Source: Octopus vulgaris
Taxonomy: Eukaryota
Reading direction: 5' to 3'
Assembly: GCA_951406725.2 (NCBI GenBank)
Contig: OX597821.1
Coordinates: 33,604,001-33,668,000, forward strand
DNA length: 64,000 nucleotides
This document shows positions 25,918 to 38,336 of this stretch, piece by piece. Both the position numbers and the translations under genes were made by a program. Position 1 is the first letter of the stretch; every line of letters begins with the position of its first letter. The notes beneath the pieces are model-generated. The model ran no database searches. It worked only from the letters and a program-made list of their open reading frames with translations, and had not been told where the DNA came from.

Positions 25918-27077
25918 TGATAAAATTATGAATATTGAATTCAACAAAAAAATGCATATACAGTATCGCGGTTTATTATTTAAGCTTTCCTCTGTGGTGT
26001 TGTTTTGCATTTATAATAAAATAAATATATATAAATTATAAAAATATTATAAAAAATATATATAGAAGAGTGGGGTTTGGAACGTAACACCCGCGATAGT
26101 CGAGGGATTACTGTAATTAGTTGATTCACCACTATTTCCTGTGGAACACTAGAATTCCGAGACTACCATTTGGGAAACGCTGAATTAGACTACACTTCAT
26201 TAATGAGGTTTAATAAAGTCGAAACATGGCAGGGGCTGTCAGTTACTGTTCATGGTCAAACTCATAACTGCATTCCTTATTGAATATTAAGCTTAGTTAG
26301 AATTCAAAAATTACCTTGCTCTGCTTTTTTATTTTTAAACATAGTTATTTAGAAAATTCTTATTCTCATCTGAAGAAAATTGTGTTTATATAATTTTAAT
26401 TAATTTGCATCTTCCTGACTTACGACTAGCCCCCACCTCTGTGCCTATAGTAGAAAGGTTTATTATTCTTAGCTGTTGTTTTAGAGCAGCCTTTCTTTTT
26501 CCAAGCACTGGAAATGGAAAAGTATCCGAATTGAGTTTATGGTGTATAAAAGACATTAGCTGCTGGATAATCGTTTAGAAAGAACGCCATTCACAATTGT
26601 TAGTAAGAAGGATGGCATAGTTTATACAAATAAATATTGGCTTTCAAACGGAGGAAGTCCTGCCTCTAACAGTAAAGTGTGAAAAGCTGTAGGTGATGAT
26701 GTCTTTCAATTTACTTCGTTTTTGAGGAAAAGTCAGTAAGACAGCACAAACGTAATTATTTACACCAGGATTTGTCTTGCTGTTTTCCTTGCCTCAATAT
26801 TTAAAAAAATTTCCTCTAATACATTTTTAGCTCTCAAACTGCACTTCTCTCCGACACACGGAAACGAGAGGAAATTAAGAGTAATGATGGAAACTATTTC
26901 AAGTAAACTTTTCGCACGTGTACTTTTACATTCAATGTGGTATCATTTAAATTGAAACAATAATGGAAAATGTACAAAAATAACTCTGCTATCCTGGATG
27001 ACCGAAACGAATAAGTTAATACTTCAAAATAGGCTTTTTTTTTCAGTGCCCCTCCTCTTTTAATAATAAGAATAATG

Positions 27078-27492
27078 GGATCTTTTCGGTTTGAACGGCA
27101 ATTTTTTCTAGCGGTGTCATATGAAATTGTCACCCTTAATTATGACCCTAGTATCGATCTATTGCATTTAAATCTGTTTTAGGGTTAGGGTTAGGGGTGT
27201 TGGGAAGGGTATCTTTTTTTCTTCACAAATGTAAATAAACCCAATCTGTTTCTTAAACGAGGGACATATTCATATGGCACAATGTTTTTTTACCTCAAAA
27301 GACGTCAGCGATTGGTTGAAATTGCAGAAATTGAAGAAAAAAAACAACAAATATCTTAGAAACTATAGAATTTTCTCAATAAAGCCAAGAGAAAAAGATG
27401 TTTTATAAACACATTCTACCAGTATACGAAGTTTAAAATTTTTTAGTTACCTAGAAATTATGTCAAAACTGCCGTTCAAACCGAAAAGATCC
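27078..27492 (+). mobile_element. ~400-bp GGATC-TIR MITE (copy 6)
   Basis: TSD gaataatg/aaataatg. Confidence 0.92.
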
Positions 27493-28434
27493 AAATAATG
27501 ATGACTTCTTTCCTTCTCTGAGTGTCTTATTAATACTTTGCATGTACCACGTCATCGCATTGTTTTTTCTGCTATATACATACATACATATATATATATA
27601 TGCATGCATATATAAACACTGGGCAAGGCGAAACTGGATAAGTGTTCTCTTAATGTCAACACAAATATCATCTTCGGGTTGCTTGTTGAGTTCTTTGTGC
27701 TTAGCAAAACAATAACCAGCACAAACACACATCTTTCTCAATAATATATTATATATTATGAATTCGTATGACCTCTGTAAGTCACAACGTTTTCCTTGTG
27801 TAACTATATAATTAATTCTTTGGAAAGGTACGAAGTTTCACACCCTGAGCGAAGATCTTGGAAATCTTGGCATTCGTTCATCTATTAAAACGGAGGAAAG
27901 CATTCATAGATATATTCAAAAGCAATCCAATTACGACCGTTCTCTTCTTTTCTTTTTCTCGATACAATGTATCTGAGACTTTTATCTAGTATATATTTAG
28001 TTTTTTATGACAGTAACATATGTTTTGAGGGAGATTCACTGTACTGTTTGTATCAAGTCGTGAGACCACATTGTGTGTCCTTTAATTTGTTCGCTAAAAT
28101 GGGAACACAGTTTTAGTGATCTTTGGCTAGTTCCATATGAATACATTGAAAAATTGTTTAGATTTCTTAAAACCTGTTGCTCTTTCTGTTTGGTTTGATC
28201 TCTAGAGACATTAATAATCTTCTTTTGTCTAACCGTTTAATAGCACAATTAACGGTATCATTAAGCCGGTGGCTTTAATCCGGCTTAATTTATCTATTTA
28301 AGCTAGGATTACATATTTTAAAAATTATTTTGTAATTGCTCTTGAAGTCTCTGTTGTCATATGACTTGCTAGAAATACTAGCCAAATCTCCCTCAAATCA
28401 CACCATAGTGTCATAACGAAAAAGAGTAGGATTG

Positions 28435-28849
28435 GGACCTTTTCGGTTTGAAAGGCAGTTTTTAGCATAATTTCTAGGTAACTAAAAAATTTTAAACTTC
28501 GTATACTGGTAGAATGTGCTTATAAAACATCTTTTTCTCTTGGCTTTATTGAGAAAATTCTATAGTTTGTAAGATATATTTGTTGTTTTTTCTTCAATTT
28601 CTGCAATTTCAACCAATCACTGACGTGTATTGAGGTAAAAAAACCATTCTGTGCCATATGAATATGTCCCTCGTTTAAGAAACAGATTGGGTTTATTTAC
28701 ATTTGTGAAGAAAAAAAGATACCCTCCCCCACCTAACCCTAACCCTAAAACAGATTGAAATGCAATAGATCGATACTAGGGTCATAATTATGGGTGACAA
28801 TTTCATATGACACCGCTAGAAAAAACTGCCGTTCAAACTGAAACGATCC
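28435..28849 (-). mobile_element. ~400-bp GGATC-TIR MITE (copy 7)
   Basis: perfect 8-bp TSD taggattg. Confidence 0.92.
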
Positions 28850-29220
28850 TAGGATTGTATTAGAGAATGTAGAACACAATATATATTATCTTGTCTTTCA
28901 CAATGACGTGGGATTGTCTTTCATGACTATTTGGCTCGGTCATTTCAGATCTGGCGCTAACCCGTTTTGTTTCCTCCTTTTTAATGCCCTTTATTATTGG
29001 TATATGTGAAGGAGACAGCCACCGTTTCATCAGATTGTGTTATATCTGTCGCTTTAAAGGTGAGAGGGTAGTGGTTGTGAATGGTTATTAATGACAATAG
29101 TGATTTTGTTTGTGACACCAAGAAAAAAATGTTGCTTTGGTTCAGGTCAGCTCTATTTTGGTGTGTATATCAGAGTCTGCATTTCAATGTATCCTTGTTT
29201 ATGTAAGATAGTTGGGTGTG

Positions 29221-29630
29221 GGATCTTTTCGGTTTGAACGGCAGTTTTTTCTAGCGGTGTCATGTGAAATTGTCACCCATAATTTTGATCCTAGAAGCGA
29301 TCTGTTGCATTTCAATCTCTTTTAGAGTTAGGGTTAGGGGTGGGGGAAGGGTATCTTTTTTCTTCATGAATGTAAATAAACCCAATCTGTTTCTTACACG
29401 AGGGACATATTCATATGGCACAGAATGTTTTTTTTTTACCTCAATGGATGTCAGTGATTGGTTGAAATTGAAGTAAAACAACAACAAATATCTTACAAAC
29501 TATAGAATTTTCTCAATAAGGCCAAGAGAAAAAGATGTTTTATAAACACATTCTGCCAGTATAGAAAGCTTAAAATGTTTTAGTTACCCAGAAATTATGT
29601 TAAAAACTGCCGTTCAAACCGAAAAGATCT
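29221..29630 (+). mobile_element. ~400-bp GGATC-TIR MITE (copy 8)
   Basis: both TIRs present; TSD not clear. Confidence 0.9.
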
Positions 29631-30217
29631 GGGGAATGTTGCCTAGTTGAGATCCTCGGTCGTATGTACAGAACAATTGGGCTCTTTATAACGCAATGGA
29701 ATTTACCGAGGATGTTATTTGATATCCGATAGGAAGGATTCTTATGTTTACGCTACATATATGCTTGCGAAATTGTGAACCATTTTTAAAGTTTTGTTGA
29801 TCCAATGATGAGAGCATCCATACTCAAGTGTATAGAAAGGCAGTGGATATTTGCCAGAAAAAAAAAAAAAATCATGTGACAATGCAAGACGATCGATGCA
29901 CTATTAACATTGTATCTGCATGGGTATAAATTGCAAAATAAGTTTCGAGCCCGCTAGAAATTTATTTGTACACTTTATGCATACTTTTCATGTTATATGA
30001 ATATAATGAAATGGGATTCTACTGTCATCACAGCAATCTTTTGGTATACCATATTTTCAGTTGCTCGATAAGATAATGTAAATAGTATAACGAATAGTCT
30101 AAGTATAGGCTGCTTTCTTCTATCATAGTTCGACATTTCTCATGGCACCAGCAGATAAAATGGAAAAGGTGTTGCCCCGGAGAATAGCGAAGGAGATGCG
30201 CTGGAACAGCCACTGAC

Positions 30218-30757
30218 TTACGAGGACTTGCACTTGCGATCAGCAATCTCCGCCGCAATAGGGGTGAGCAGGGATATGGTCTTGGAGCCATGGACGCCAG
30301 AGCTCTCAGATGTTACAGACTTGACCATAAACCTGTCAGAGAGCGACTGATACCATAACAGTTTGTCTTTTCTCAGTCTGACGAGCAGCGGAGCCTGGGC
30401 TGGAGAAGGTGTCACAGCATCTAGAATCCCAGATGAGGGGCCTACCGCATCGGAACGGAAAAACTGTTATACTGTCTGGCAGTTTACTGTCCCCTCGGTC
30501 TATCCCCGTTGGCTCGAGCTGGGAAGGGAAGCTTACAGCATCTCGGTTCTGTTTTATGATCTTGTCAAGGGTGTCATGATGTGGGAGGTGATCAGGACTA
30601 TGACGGCAGGACACTGTGGGTGGAGGCTAAAATAATCCACTGCACATCCGCAGCGGCATTCATGAGGCTCGCAGATCTGGAGACCAAGCCTCAGATAAAC
30701 GCCAATGTCCAGGCGGTCACTATCTTTTCGTATTAGTAAGATGACGTCATTTACCAT
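30218..30757 (-). pseudogene. CRE-like non-LTR retrotransposon C-terminus (CCHC knuckle + restriction-like endonuclease), frameshifted
   Basis: three overlapping frames give LRLGLQICEPHECRCG...H..C / HHDTLDKII...PSQLEPTGIDRGDSKLPDSITVFPFRCGRPLIWD..CCDTF...AARQTEK / Y..LSDRF......ESSGVHG. Confidence 0.8.
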
Positions 30758-31764
30758 CTTTTTCAGTTTAGCTTCTTAATGTCATCTGGGAAACTAATGA
30801 CCTATGATTCCCGTCATCACTTTTGGCTTCTATAGCAATTTACCTCTAATTTTTTAAAGGACACTAAACTTCATATTAACTCTGCTTTGATCATAAGCTT
30901 ACTCAGTCATGGTTGATCTGGTATTTAGCACCACTAACAACAATAACCGTCAGCTGTATGCTGTTTCAAAGTATGACAGTTAATTTCTCAAATGGCTACA
31001 ATTCACAAGCAAAATAGGAACTACCTGTCACTATTAGCGGTAGTAACACTATAAAACTGTCGAATGTTGAGATTATGATATTGAAAAAAATTCTTTTTCG
31101 AAAATACCAATTTTTTCCTTCACATGCCGGTTGCTTACGATATTTCCTCCACTTTCTTTCTGTGATCAGTAACCGAAAGAATATAATAGATAACTGTACG
31201 TAAATAATTATATCCACGAATGTTTATCACAGCATACATAATCAGTTTTCAGATAATAATTTTATTCATTTCGATTAAAGCAAAGCAGATTTAAATAATA
31301 TAATGACACATCAATAAGATTACTCATGGCCATAATAAAGCAATTCGTGCATGAAGTTTTGCTAATGACAAAAAGCCATATGTGATGCGAGAACCACAGT
31401 TTAGGTGACAGCTGGTCTGTATTAAGAATGTCCAAGTAGATTATTTGAGTTTCTTTGGCAGATAAGCAAAATACCTGGAAATGTTCACCAGTCTTGTTAT
31501 TACACGTTAATTAGCAGAAACTACTTTTGCATTAAAAATTTCCATGCGAGCATATATCATAGTTTAGTGAATGACCTCAAATAAGCTCGTTAATTTATTT
31601 TCTTATTATATATAAAAAAAAAAAAAATGTTTAATCATGCATCTCAATCTGTTTGTTTGGAGAACAGGATTTTATAAATGAGATTAATTTAACAATGATG
31701 AAGAATTCTAAAGAAAATTAAGGGTAGCCTGTTGCTTTTAGTTCATCATCTGCTTTATTTAAAA

Positions 31765-32214
31765 CTAGCAGCATAGCCCGGCGTTGCCTGGGTATGTAAG
31801 GGCCCCTAGTAGGCAACGACTAATCCCAATCTAGTCCTTTCCCTCTAGGGAACAAAGGCGCATGTGTAGGTTGCAATGTCTTCTCTTCATTCGAATACTT
31901 CTGTGTATTCGATGTTCCTAGCTGTCCCTTTGGGCGAAAACATGAAAACATCATTGCGCCTCCCAACGCGTGAACAGCCCACGTACAGCCCAGAAAATGT
32001 TTTGAATATAAAAAACTTAGATTCTCGACCCCATGTCGATTTTTTTTCAGAACTGGGGGAACTTTTCAAAATTTTCGCTGCGTTAGTTTTGAATTATGAC
32101 ATTGGGCTATGTGTGTGTCAAGTTTCATCAGAATCGGTTGAAAGCCGTGGTCAGAGTGAGGGTACAACCTGACAGACACACAGACAGACAAACTGCCATT
32201 TATATAGAGAGAGA
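31765..32214 (-). mobile_element. non-autonomous Helitron (third family)
   Basis: on minus: A|TCTCTCTCTATATAAA ... cccaggcaacgccggg hairpin ... CTAG|T. Confidence 0.8.
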
Positions 32215-32697
32215 TTTACATGGAACACAACGGTTCCAAGGAAAGAAGGTTGAGTGTTTTGCAGATTTCTGTTCTTAGTGGGTGAATGTGTGTTCCAAGA
32301 GGAGTAAAAATATATGAGTTTGATAGTGTGAGTCTGCTAGTGTGAGTGGAGACCGGGCATGGTTAACCGTTTTCGAGAAGCGGGCTGTACTACTAAAAAA
32401 TTGAAGGTAATTTTTCATTAGACATGCTGTTCAGAAAGCCCCATAGATTGCCTATGTCTGGTGCAAGACGGTTCTTTTTGCTACATAGCATTTGGTCAGT
32501 CATAATTGAGGAGACTCTGCTAAAGGCAAGAATTTGCTGCTCTCACGTCACTAAGTTCTTGACAATTCATATTGCCATCCAAGCTCTCTCTTTTGTTTTC
32601 AGAGCTAGTCTCTTATTGTGCTCCAGAACAAATCTGATGAGATAGATCTGTAATGATGTCGTCACTAGATTTCATTTGTGTTTATCGGCCAGATTTT

Positions 32698-33304
32698 GGA
32701 TCTTTACCTTTTGACCGACAGATTTAAAAAATAATTTTTTGTAACGAAACACTTTCAAACTTCGGACACTGGTAGGATGTGTCATATAAAATTATCTATT
32801 ACTCTTAACATTTTTGAGAAAAGGTTATATTTACCAAGTTATTTCACGTTAAAGTTGTCGTATTTCGGTAATTTCAACCAATCAGTGATGTGTATTCAGC
32901 TGAATAAGAATACTGCTGTTGTCAACAAGGACTTCTGGCAGTGTATATTTCGTTTGTCACTGTTATTTATGACAACCCTAACCCTAAAACCTTAAAGCTA
33001 AAACCAATACAAACGCACAAATGATGTCGTAAATAACAGTGACAAACGAAAAATACACCGCCAATAGTTATTGTTGACAAACAACAGTAGTAATTTTATT
33101 CAGCTGAATACACGTCACTGATTGGTTGAAATTACCGAAATACGAGAACTTTAACATGAAATAACTTCGTAAATATAAGTTTTTCTTAAAAATGCTAAGA
33201 GTAAAAGATGCTTTATATGATGCATTCTGCCAGTGTCCAAAGTTTGAAAGTGTTTAGTTACAAAAGATTATTTTTTAAAGCTGTTGGTCAATAGGTAAAG
33301 ATCC
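32698..33304. mobile_element. 607-bp foldback MITE with GGATC termini and CCCTAA centre
   Basis: ~270-bp imperfect inverted arms ggatctttacc...ggtaaagatcc; loop acaaccctaaccctaaaacc. Confidence 0.85.
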
Positions 33305-33594
33305 CAAATGAATTTTCTGTGAAAATAAAGAGGTATGGTTATGACTGGGATTCCATGGCTTATATTCGAGCGAGACCAGTGTTGTTGTGAGGGTTCTTTG
33401 TGCTTGAGTGCAAATACTAGATTGGCGCCCCCATTTTTAATTAACAAGCATGGTAGGCAAGAGAAAAATTTATAACCCTTCACGCATCCTACCCTGAGGT
33501 AGAGGGGAAAGACTTCTCCCTCCTCGTCTCCTTGCTAGGGGTCTTATCACAGCCAGTCAGCTCAAACTCACTTAACATAAAAAAAAAAAAAATT

Positions 33595-33995
33595 GGCAAG
33601 ACTTCCTTTTGTACCCCACAAAAAAACACCCCCTCTATTTATTTATTTTTCTACACAAACCCTCGTTTTCGGCTACAGAGAAAAAAAAATTGGCATTTTA
33701 AAATTACCCACTGCCTATGTTCTTCATTTTTAACTTTTTCAGAATTTTTTTTTTTTTTTTTTTTCAAAATATGGAGAATATGGATTCTGAAAAGAATTAC
33801 CAAAACTTTTTGTGGTTACGGTTAGGGTTTTAGAATTAGGGAAAAAAGTGAAAAATGAAGAAATTGGGAGGGGTGGGGCGAAAATTTCAAAATGCTGGTT
33901 TTTGGCAATTTTCCGGAATCTCCGTATCCGAAAACAGGGGTTTTGGACACAAAAAAAAAATTGTGGAGAAAATGGTGGTGGGGTAAGTCTTCCCC
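33595..33995. mobile_element. degenerate foldback element with ggttagggtt centre
   Basis: ggcaagactt / aagtcttccc and cctcgttttcggctacagag / ctccgtatccgaaaacagggg inverted pairs; homopolymer-rich, boundaries approximate. Confidence 0.45.
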
Positions 33996-34500
33996 AAAAA
34001 ATTATTCACAAACAAAAGCCAATCTATAGATATATTTTCTACTTAAAAAAAAAAAGAAAGGTAGGTAGTGGTGGTCATTTTGTTGAATACGTATGCAAAC
34101 AATAACTTCTGTTACGAAACAGAAAGCGACCACATAGATATATGTTGAACTTGTCGAATGTCTACAAAAATTCTGAAGTACTTTGTTTTATTGTTTAAAA
34201 AATGTATTATAAAACAGTAATTAAGTTGGTTTAATTAGCCTTAGTAGTCACAGACTCCCACATTTGCTCAAAAAGTATTATTTACACTACGCGTGTGAAA
34301 TTGCTGAATGTCTACAAAAATTCCAAGATGAGCTATTTTGTCTCTAAAACATATCAGAAAATGGTAATTAACTCAGATTAATCTTAGTGTCCACTTCCGT
34401 AAGATGAGGATTTATTTGTAAACTGGGTGACTAGCATGTCGTTGTATACGTTGTACATTCGACAATGTTTCTCTTTCTCGAAGTTTCTATAATATTGCTT

Positions 34501-34912
34501 GGATCTTTTCGGTTTGAACGTCAGTTTTTAACATAATTTCTAGGTAACTAAAAAATTTTTAAACTTCGTATACTGATAGAATGTGTTTATAAAACATCTT
34601 TTTCTCTTGGCTTTATTGAGAAAATTCTATAGTTTGTAAGATATTTGTTGTTTTTTTTCTTCAATTTCTGCAATTTCAACCAATCACTGACGTCTATTGA
34701 GTTAAAAAACATTCTGTGCCGTATGAATATGTCCCTCGTTTAAGAAACAGATTGGGTTTATTTACATTTGTGAAGAAAAAAAAGATACCCTTCCCCCACC
34801 CCTAACCCTAACCCAGATTGAAATGCAATAGATCAATACTAGGGTTATAATTATGGGTGACAATTTCATATGACACCGCTAGAAAAAACTGCTGTTCAAA
34901 CCGAAAAGATCC
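34501..34912 (-). mobile_element. ~400-bp GGATC-TIR MITE (copy 9)
   Basis: both TIRs; flanked by 11-bp duplication taatattgctt. Confidence 0.92.
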
Positions 34913-34978
34913 TAATATTGCTTTCCAGTTTTACGGGTAGGTATTATTTTATCGATCTCAAAAGGATGAAAGGCAAAG

Positions 34979-35062
34979 GGCAAAAATAAAGGATACATAC
35001 ACCGGATGGTTAGGGTTTTGTTACGCTGAAAACGGGTGGTGTACGTATTCTTTACCTTCGCC
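34979..35062 (+). mobile_element. 84-bp mini-MITE with TTAGGG core
   Basis: 8-bp TSD aggcaaag/aggcagag, splitting a minus-strand family B SINE; reverse homolog of 5011-5096. Confidence 0.8.
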
Positions 35063-35155
35063 AGGCAGAGTTGACCTCAGTGGAGTTTGAGCTTAGAATA
35101 TGAAGATGGATGAAATGCCGCTAAGCATTTTGGCAATAGCGTATCTTTCAGTTTT

Positions 35156-35304
35156 TACGTAACTTCGGTATAAGTACCGGATACATTTCAAGAAAGTGTT
35201 TTTTTTATATATGGGGGGTTAGGGTTAGGAGTGGAAGAAAAGGGTTTCTGTTATCTTCAGAAATGTAAATAAAGTCACGTGTGTACTTATACCGAAGGTT
35301 CGCC
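35156..35304 (+). mobile_element. ~150-bp MITE with TTAGGG core
   Basis: TIR cttcggtataagtac / gtacttataccgaag; centre gggttagggttaggagtgg...cttcagaaatgtaaataaa homologous to the centre of the 400-bp family. Confidence 0.7.
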
Positions 35305-35620
35305 CTTATTTCTTATAAGCAAACATATAGGCAAACTTATTTCTTTGTTAAACCTAGTTTCTTTTACCGAAACGCTAATATAGCGTAAACACACTAACAC
35401 TGGAGGTTGAGGACACACACTATATCTTCGGCTTAAGGATATAGAAGACACTCACTCAAGGTGTCATGCAGTGGCACTGAACCTGACATCATATAGTTGG
35501 AGAGCAAACCTCTAACCACACAGCTGCACCTGTGTATGTATGTATGTATGTATGTATGTGCGTGTGTGTGTGTGTGTGTGTGTATGTATATATATATATA
35601 TATATATAGATATATATATA

Positions 35621-35827
35621 TTGTTTGTTCCTTCTCGAGCCACGCCTGGCTCATTAGGGCCGATTTCCTTGGCATATAGGTTCCCCATCTGGACGGGAAA
35701 GAGTGAGAGAAAGTTGTGGCGAAAGAGTCAGCAGAAGTTCACCATTACCTTCTGCTGAAGCCGCATGGAGCGTAGATGTTTTGCTCATAAACACACATTG
35801 TCCAGTCTGAGATTTGAACCCGTGATA
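35621..35827 (-). mobile_element. family D SINE, truncated
   Basis: ttgtttgttccttctcgagcc...gagaaagttgtggcgaaagagtcagcagaag. Confidence 0.8.
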
Positions 35828-36339
35828 CCTACACACACACACACACACACACATATAAATTTATTAAGTAACGAGAAGATAGATTTGGTACTAATCTTTA
35901 TTTTGTACAATAGTCGTTTCGACAGATCCTGCTATTGTCCCTTATGGGTGGGACTCCGTTCAACATGTAAAAATCTACGGGGGAATATAACTCAAATGGG
36001 CCAAAGGCATGAATTTATGCAAATGAAAGTGTTATGTACTGAATGACGTACACGCCAAAAAAAAGGCCGTAATTAATTGATATTTGCCTGTTTATACATG
36101 TAATCTTGTGGTTGAAGTAAATCAATTGAAAATTTGAATTGGCTCATAAACGGACATGTTCACTTGTTATACGTGTTGTGTGTACATTAGCATGATCACT
36201 TTATTTTTATCTGCACTCTCTCATACACTTACACACACCTACAGACACTGCTGCACCCACACACTCATACTGATACTTATACACACACACATACACTGAT
36301 ACATGTATACATTGATTCGAAATTCAAGCACACACACAC

Positions 36340-36530
36340 TGTTATTAACTAACTCACAGTACAAAAGTAATGTGAAGGAATTATACAAACACCAGAGCAG
36401 AAAATTGGTGAGTGAAGGAAAGAGGAAGAAAAAAGAAAAAAAAAAAACAAAAAAACTCCTAGAATCCAACACGTTAATCATTTAAACTGAAACAGTCTGT
36501 AGGTCAAGATGTCGCGATTTCCGGTTTCTG
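36340..36530 (+). promoter_or_regulatory. candidate promoter / non-coding first exon
   Basis: donor TTG|GTGAGT after 36407; nearby caagatgtcgcgatttccggt (YY1-like and ETS TTCCGG motifs); repeat-free, at the edge of an apparently CpG-retaining domain. Confidence 0.35.
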
Positions 36531-37048
36531 ATAATGATAATTTGGTCTGGAAGCTTTTCAAAGAGAAAACATTCTCGTTTTTCTTTTCTTTTTTTTTTTG
36601 ATATATATAACTACATGTGACTAACTGAATAATAACATATCACAGAATATCAAGTGTATAATAAACATATAAAAGAGTCTCTTTTGCTTGTCATACATTT
36701 ATATTTTCATTTAGCAAACATTTTAAAATTTAGAACTCTGAAGAAATTTTGGTGTTAGGAGTGGAGAAGATTTTGTGTAAAGTGAGGTCTTGTTTAAAAG
36801 ATTCCCCAACAACCAGAATTTTTTCAAATAATTCTCAGTTTTTTGAAATTTTTAATTTTCTATGCCACAGCTCAGTTATGTGGTAAGAAGCTTGCTTCCC
36901 AACCACATGGTTCTTGGTTCAGTCCCACTATGTGACACCTTGGGCAAGTGTCTTCCACTGTAGCTTCAGGCTGACCAAAACCTTGCGAGTGGATTTGGTA
37001 GATGGAAATTGAAAGAAGTCCATCGTATATATATATATATATATATAT

Positions 37049-37470
37049 ACTCTTTTACTTGTTTCAGTCATGTGACTATGGCCATGCTGGAGCACTGCCT
37101 TTAGTCGAGCAAATTGACCCCAGGACTTATTCTTTGTAAGCCTAGTACTTATTCTATCGGTCTCTTTTGCAGACTCACTAAGTTACAGGGACGTAAACAC
37201 ACCAGCATCAGTTGTCAAGCGATGTTGGGAGGACAAACACAGACACACAAACACACAAACATACACACTCACACACACACACGTATCTATAAATACATAC
37301 ATACGATGGGCTTCTTTCAGCTTCCATCTACCAAATCCACTCACGAGGATTTGGCCAGCCCGAGGCTATAGTAGAAGACACTTTGCCCAAGGTGCCATGC
37401 AGTCAGACTGAACCAGGACCCATGTGGTTCATAAGCAAGCTACTTACCACACAGCCACTCCTACACCTTT
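37049..37470 (-). mobile_element. family A SINE nested in the microsatellite of an older plus-strand family A SINE (~36865-37700)
   Basis: older element head 36865-37045 and tail ~37510-37700 flank a complete reverse copy. Confidence 0.85.
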
Positions 37471-37857
37471 ATATATATATACATATATATAAAGGTGTAG
37501 GAGTGGCTGTGTTTGTCCCACTCCATCCCTGTTTAAGTCTCCACAACTTAGTGGTTCAGTGAAGGAGATGATAGAATGAATACTAAGCTTGAGAAAAAGA
37601 AATATGTACTGGGGTCAGTTCATTTGACTAAAAATTCTTCAAGCCAGTGCCCTAGCATGGCCACAGTCTAATGACTGAAATAGGTAAAACACAAAAGATG
37701 TGTAGTATTGTATACTGATAAAAATCACATTCATTTTCTTTAGAAATTAATTATTCTTTCTAATTTTGGCACAAGGCTTTTTTATTACACATATGTATCT
37801 ATGACAAATAGTACACTTCATCTCTAATAGCTCTCACCTTCATACATACACACACAC

Positions 37858-37905
<48 letters not shown>

Positions 37906-38336
37906 CATGCATAATTGCATAATACAAACACACACACACTCACATACACACACACACACACTCACATATATACAAACACACTTTAGTATATATGGTGGAG
38001 ATTCTGAAATCATCTGGAGGCTATGGTTGAAACCAATAGCAATTTTATTGAATAAATTTACTCATTAGCATTTCAAGATATTTCTACGTAATTTCGGTAA
38101 AGAGTGGAAAAAGTCAGTTACAAGACTCCAGCACTCAATTGGTATCTATTTTATTGACCCCCAAAAGGATGAAAAGCAAAGTCAACTTTGGTGGAATTTG
38201 AACTCAGAATTTAAAGACAGATGAAATGCTGCTAAACTTTTTGTCCATGCAAATGCTTGAATGAGATGAACCCAGCATGCTCTGCTGGGTGTGTAATGTT
38301 AGTGTGCATGTATGATAAAGTATTTTAAGAGAGAAA

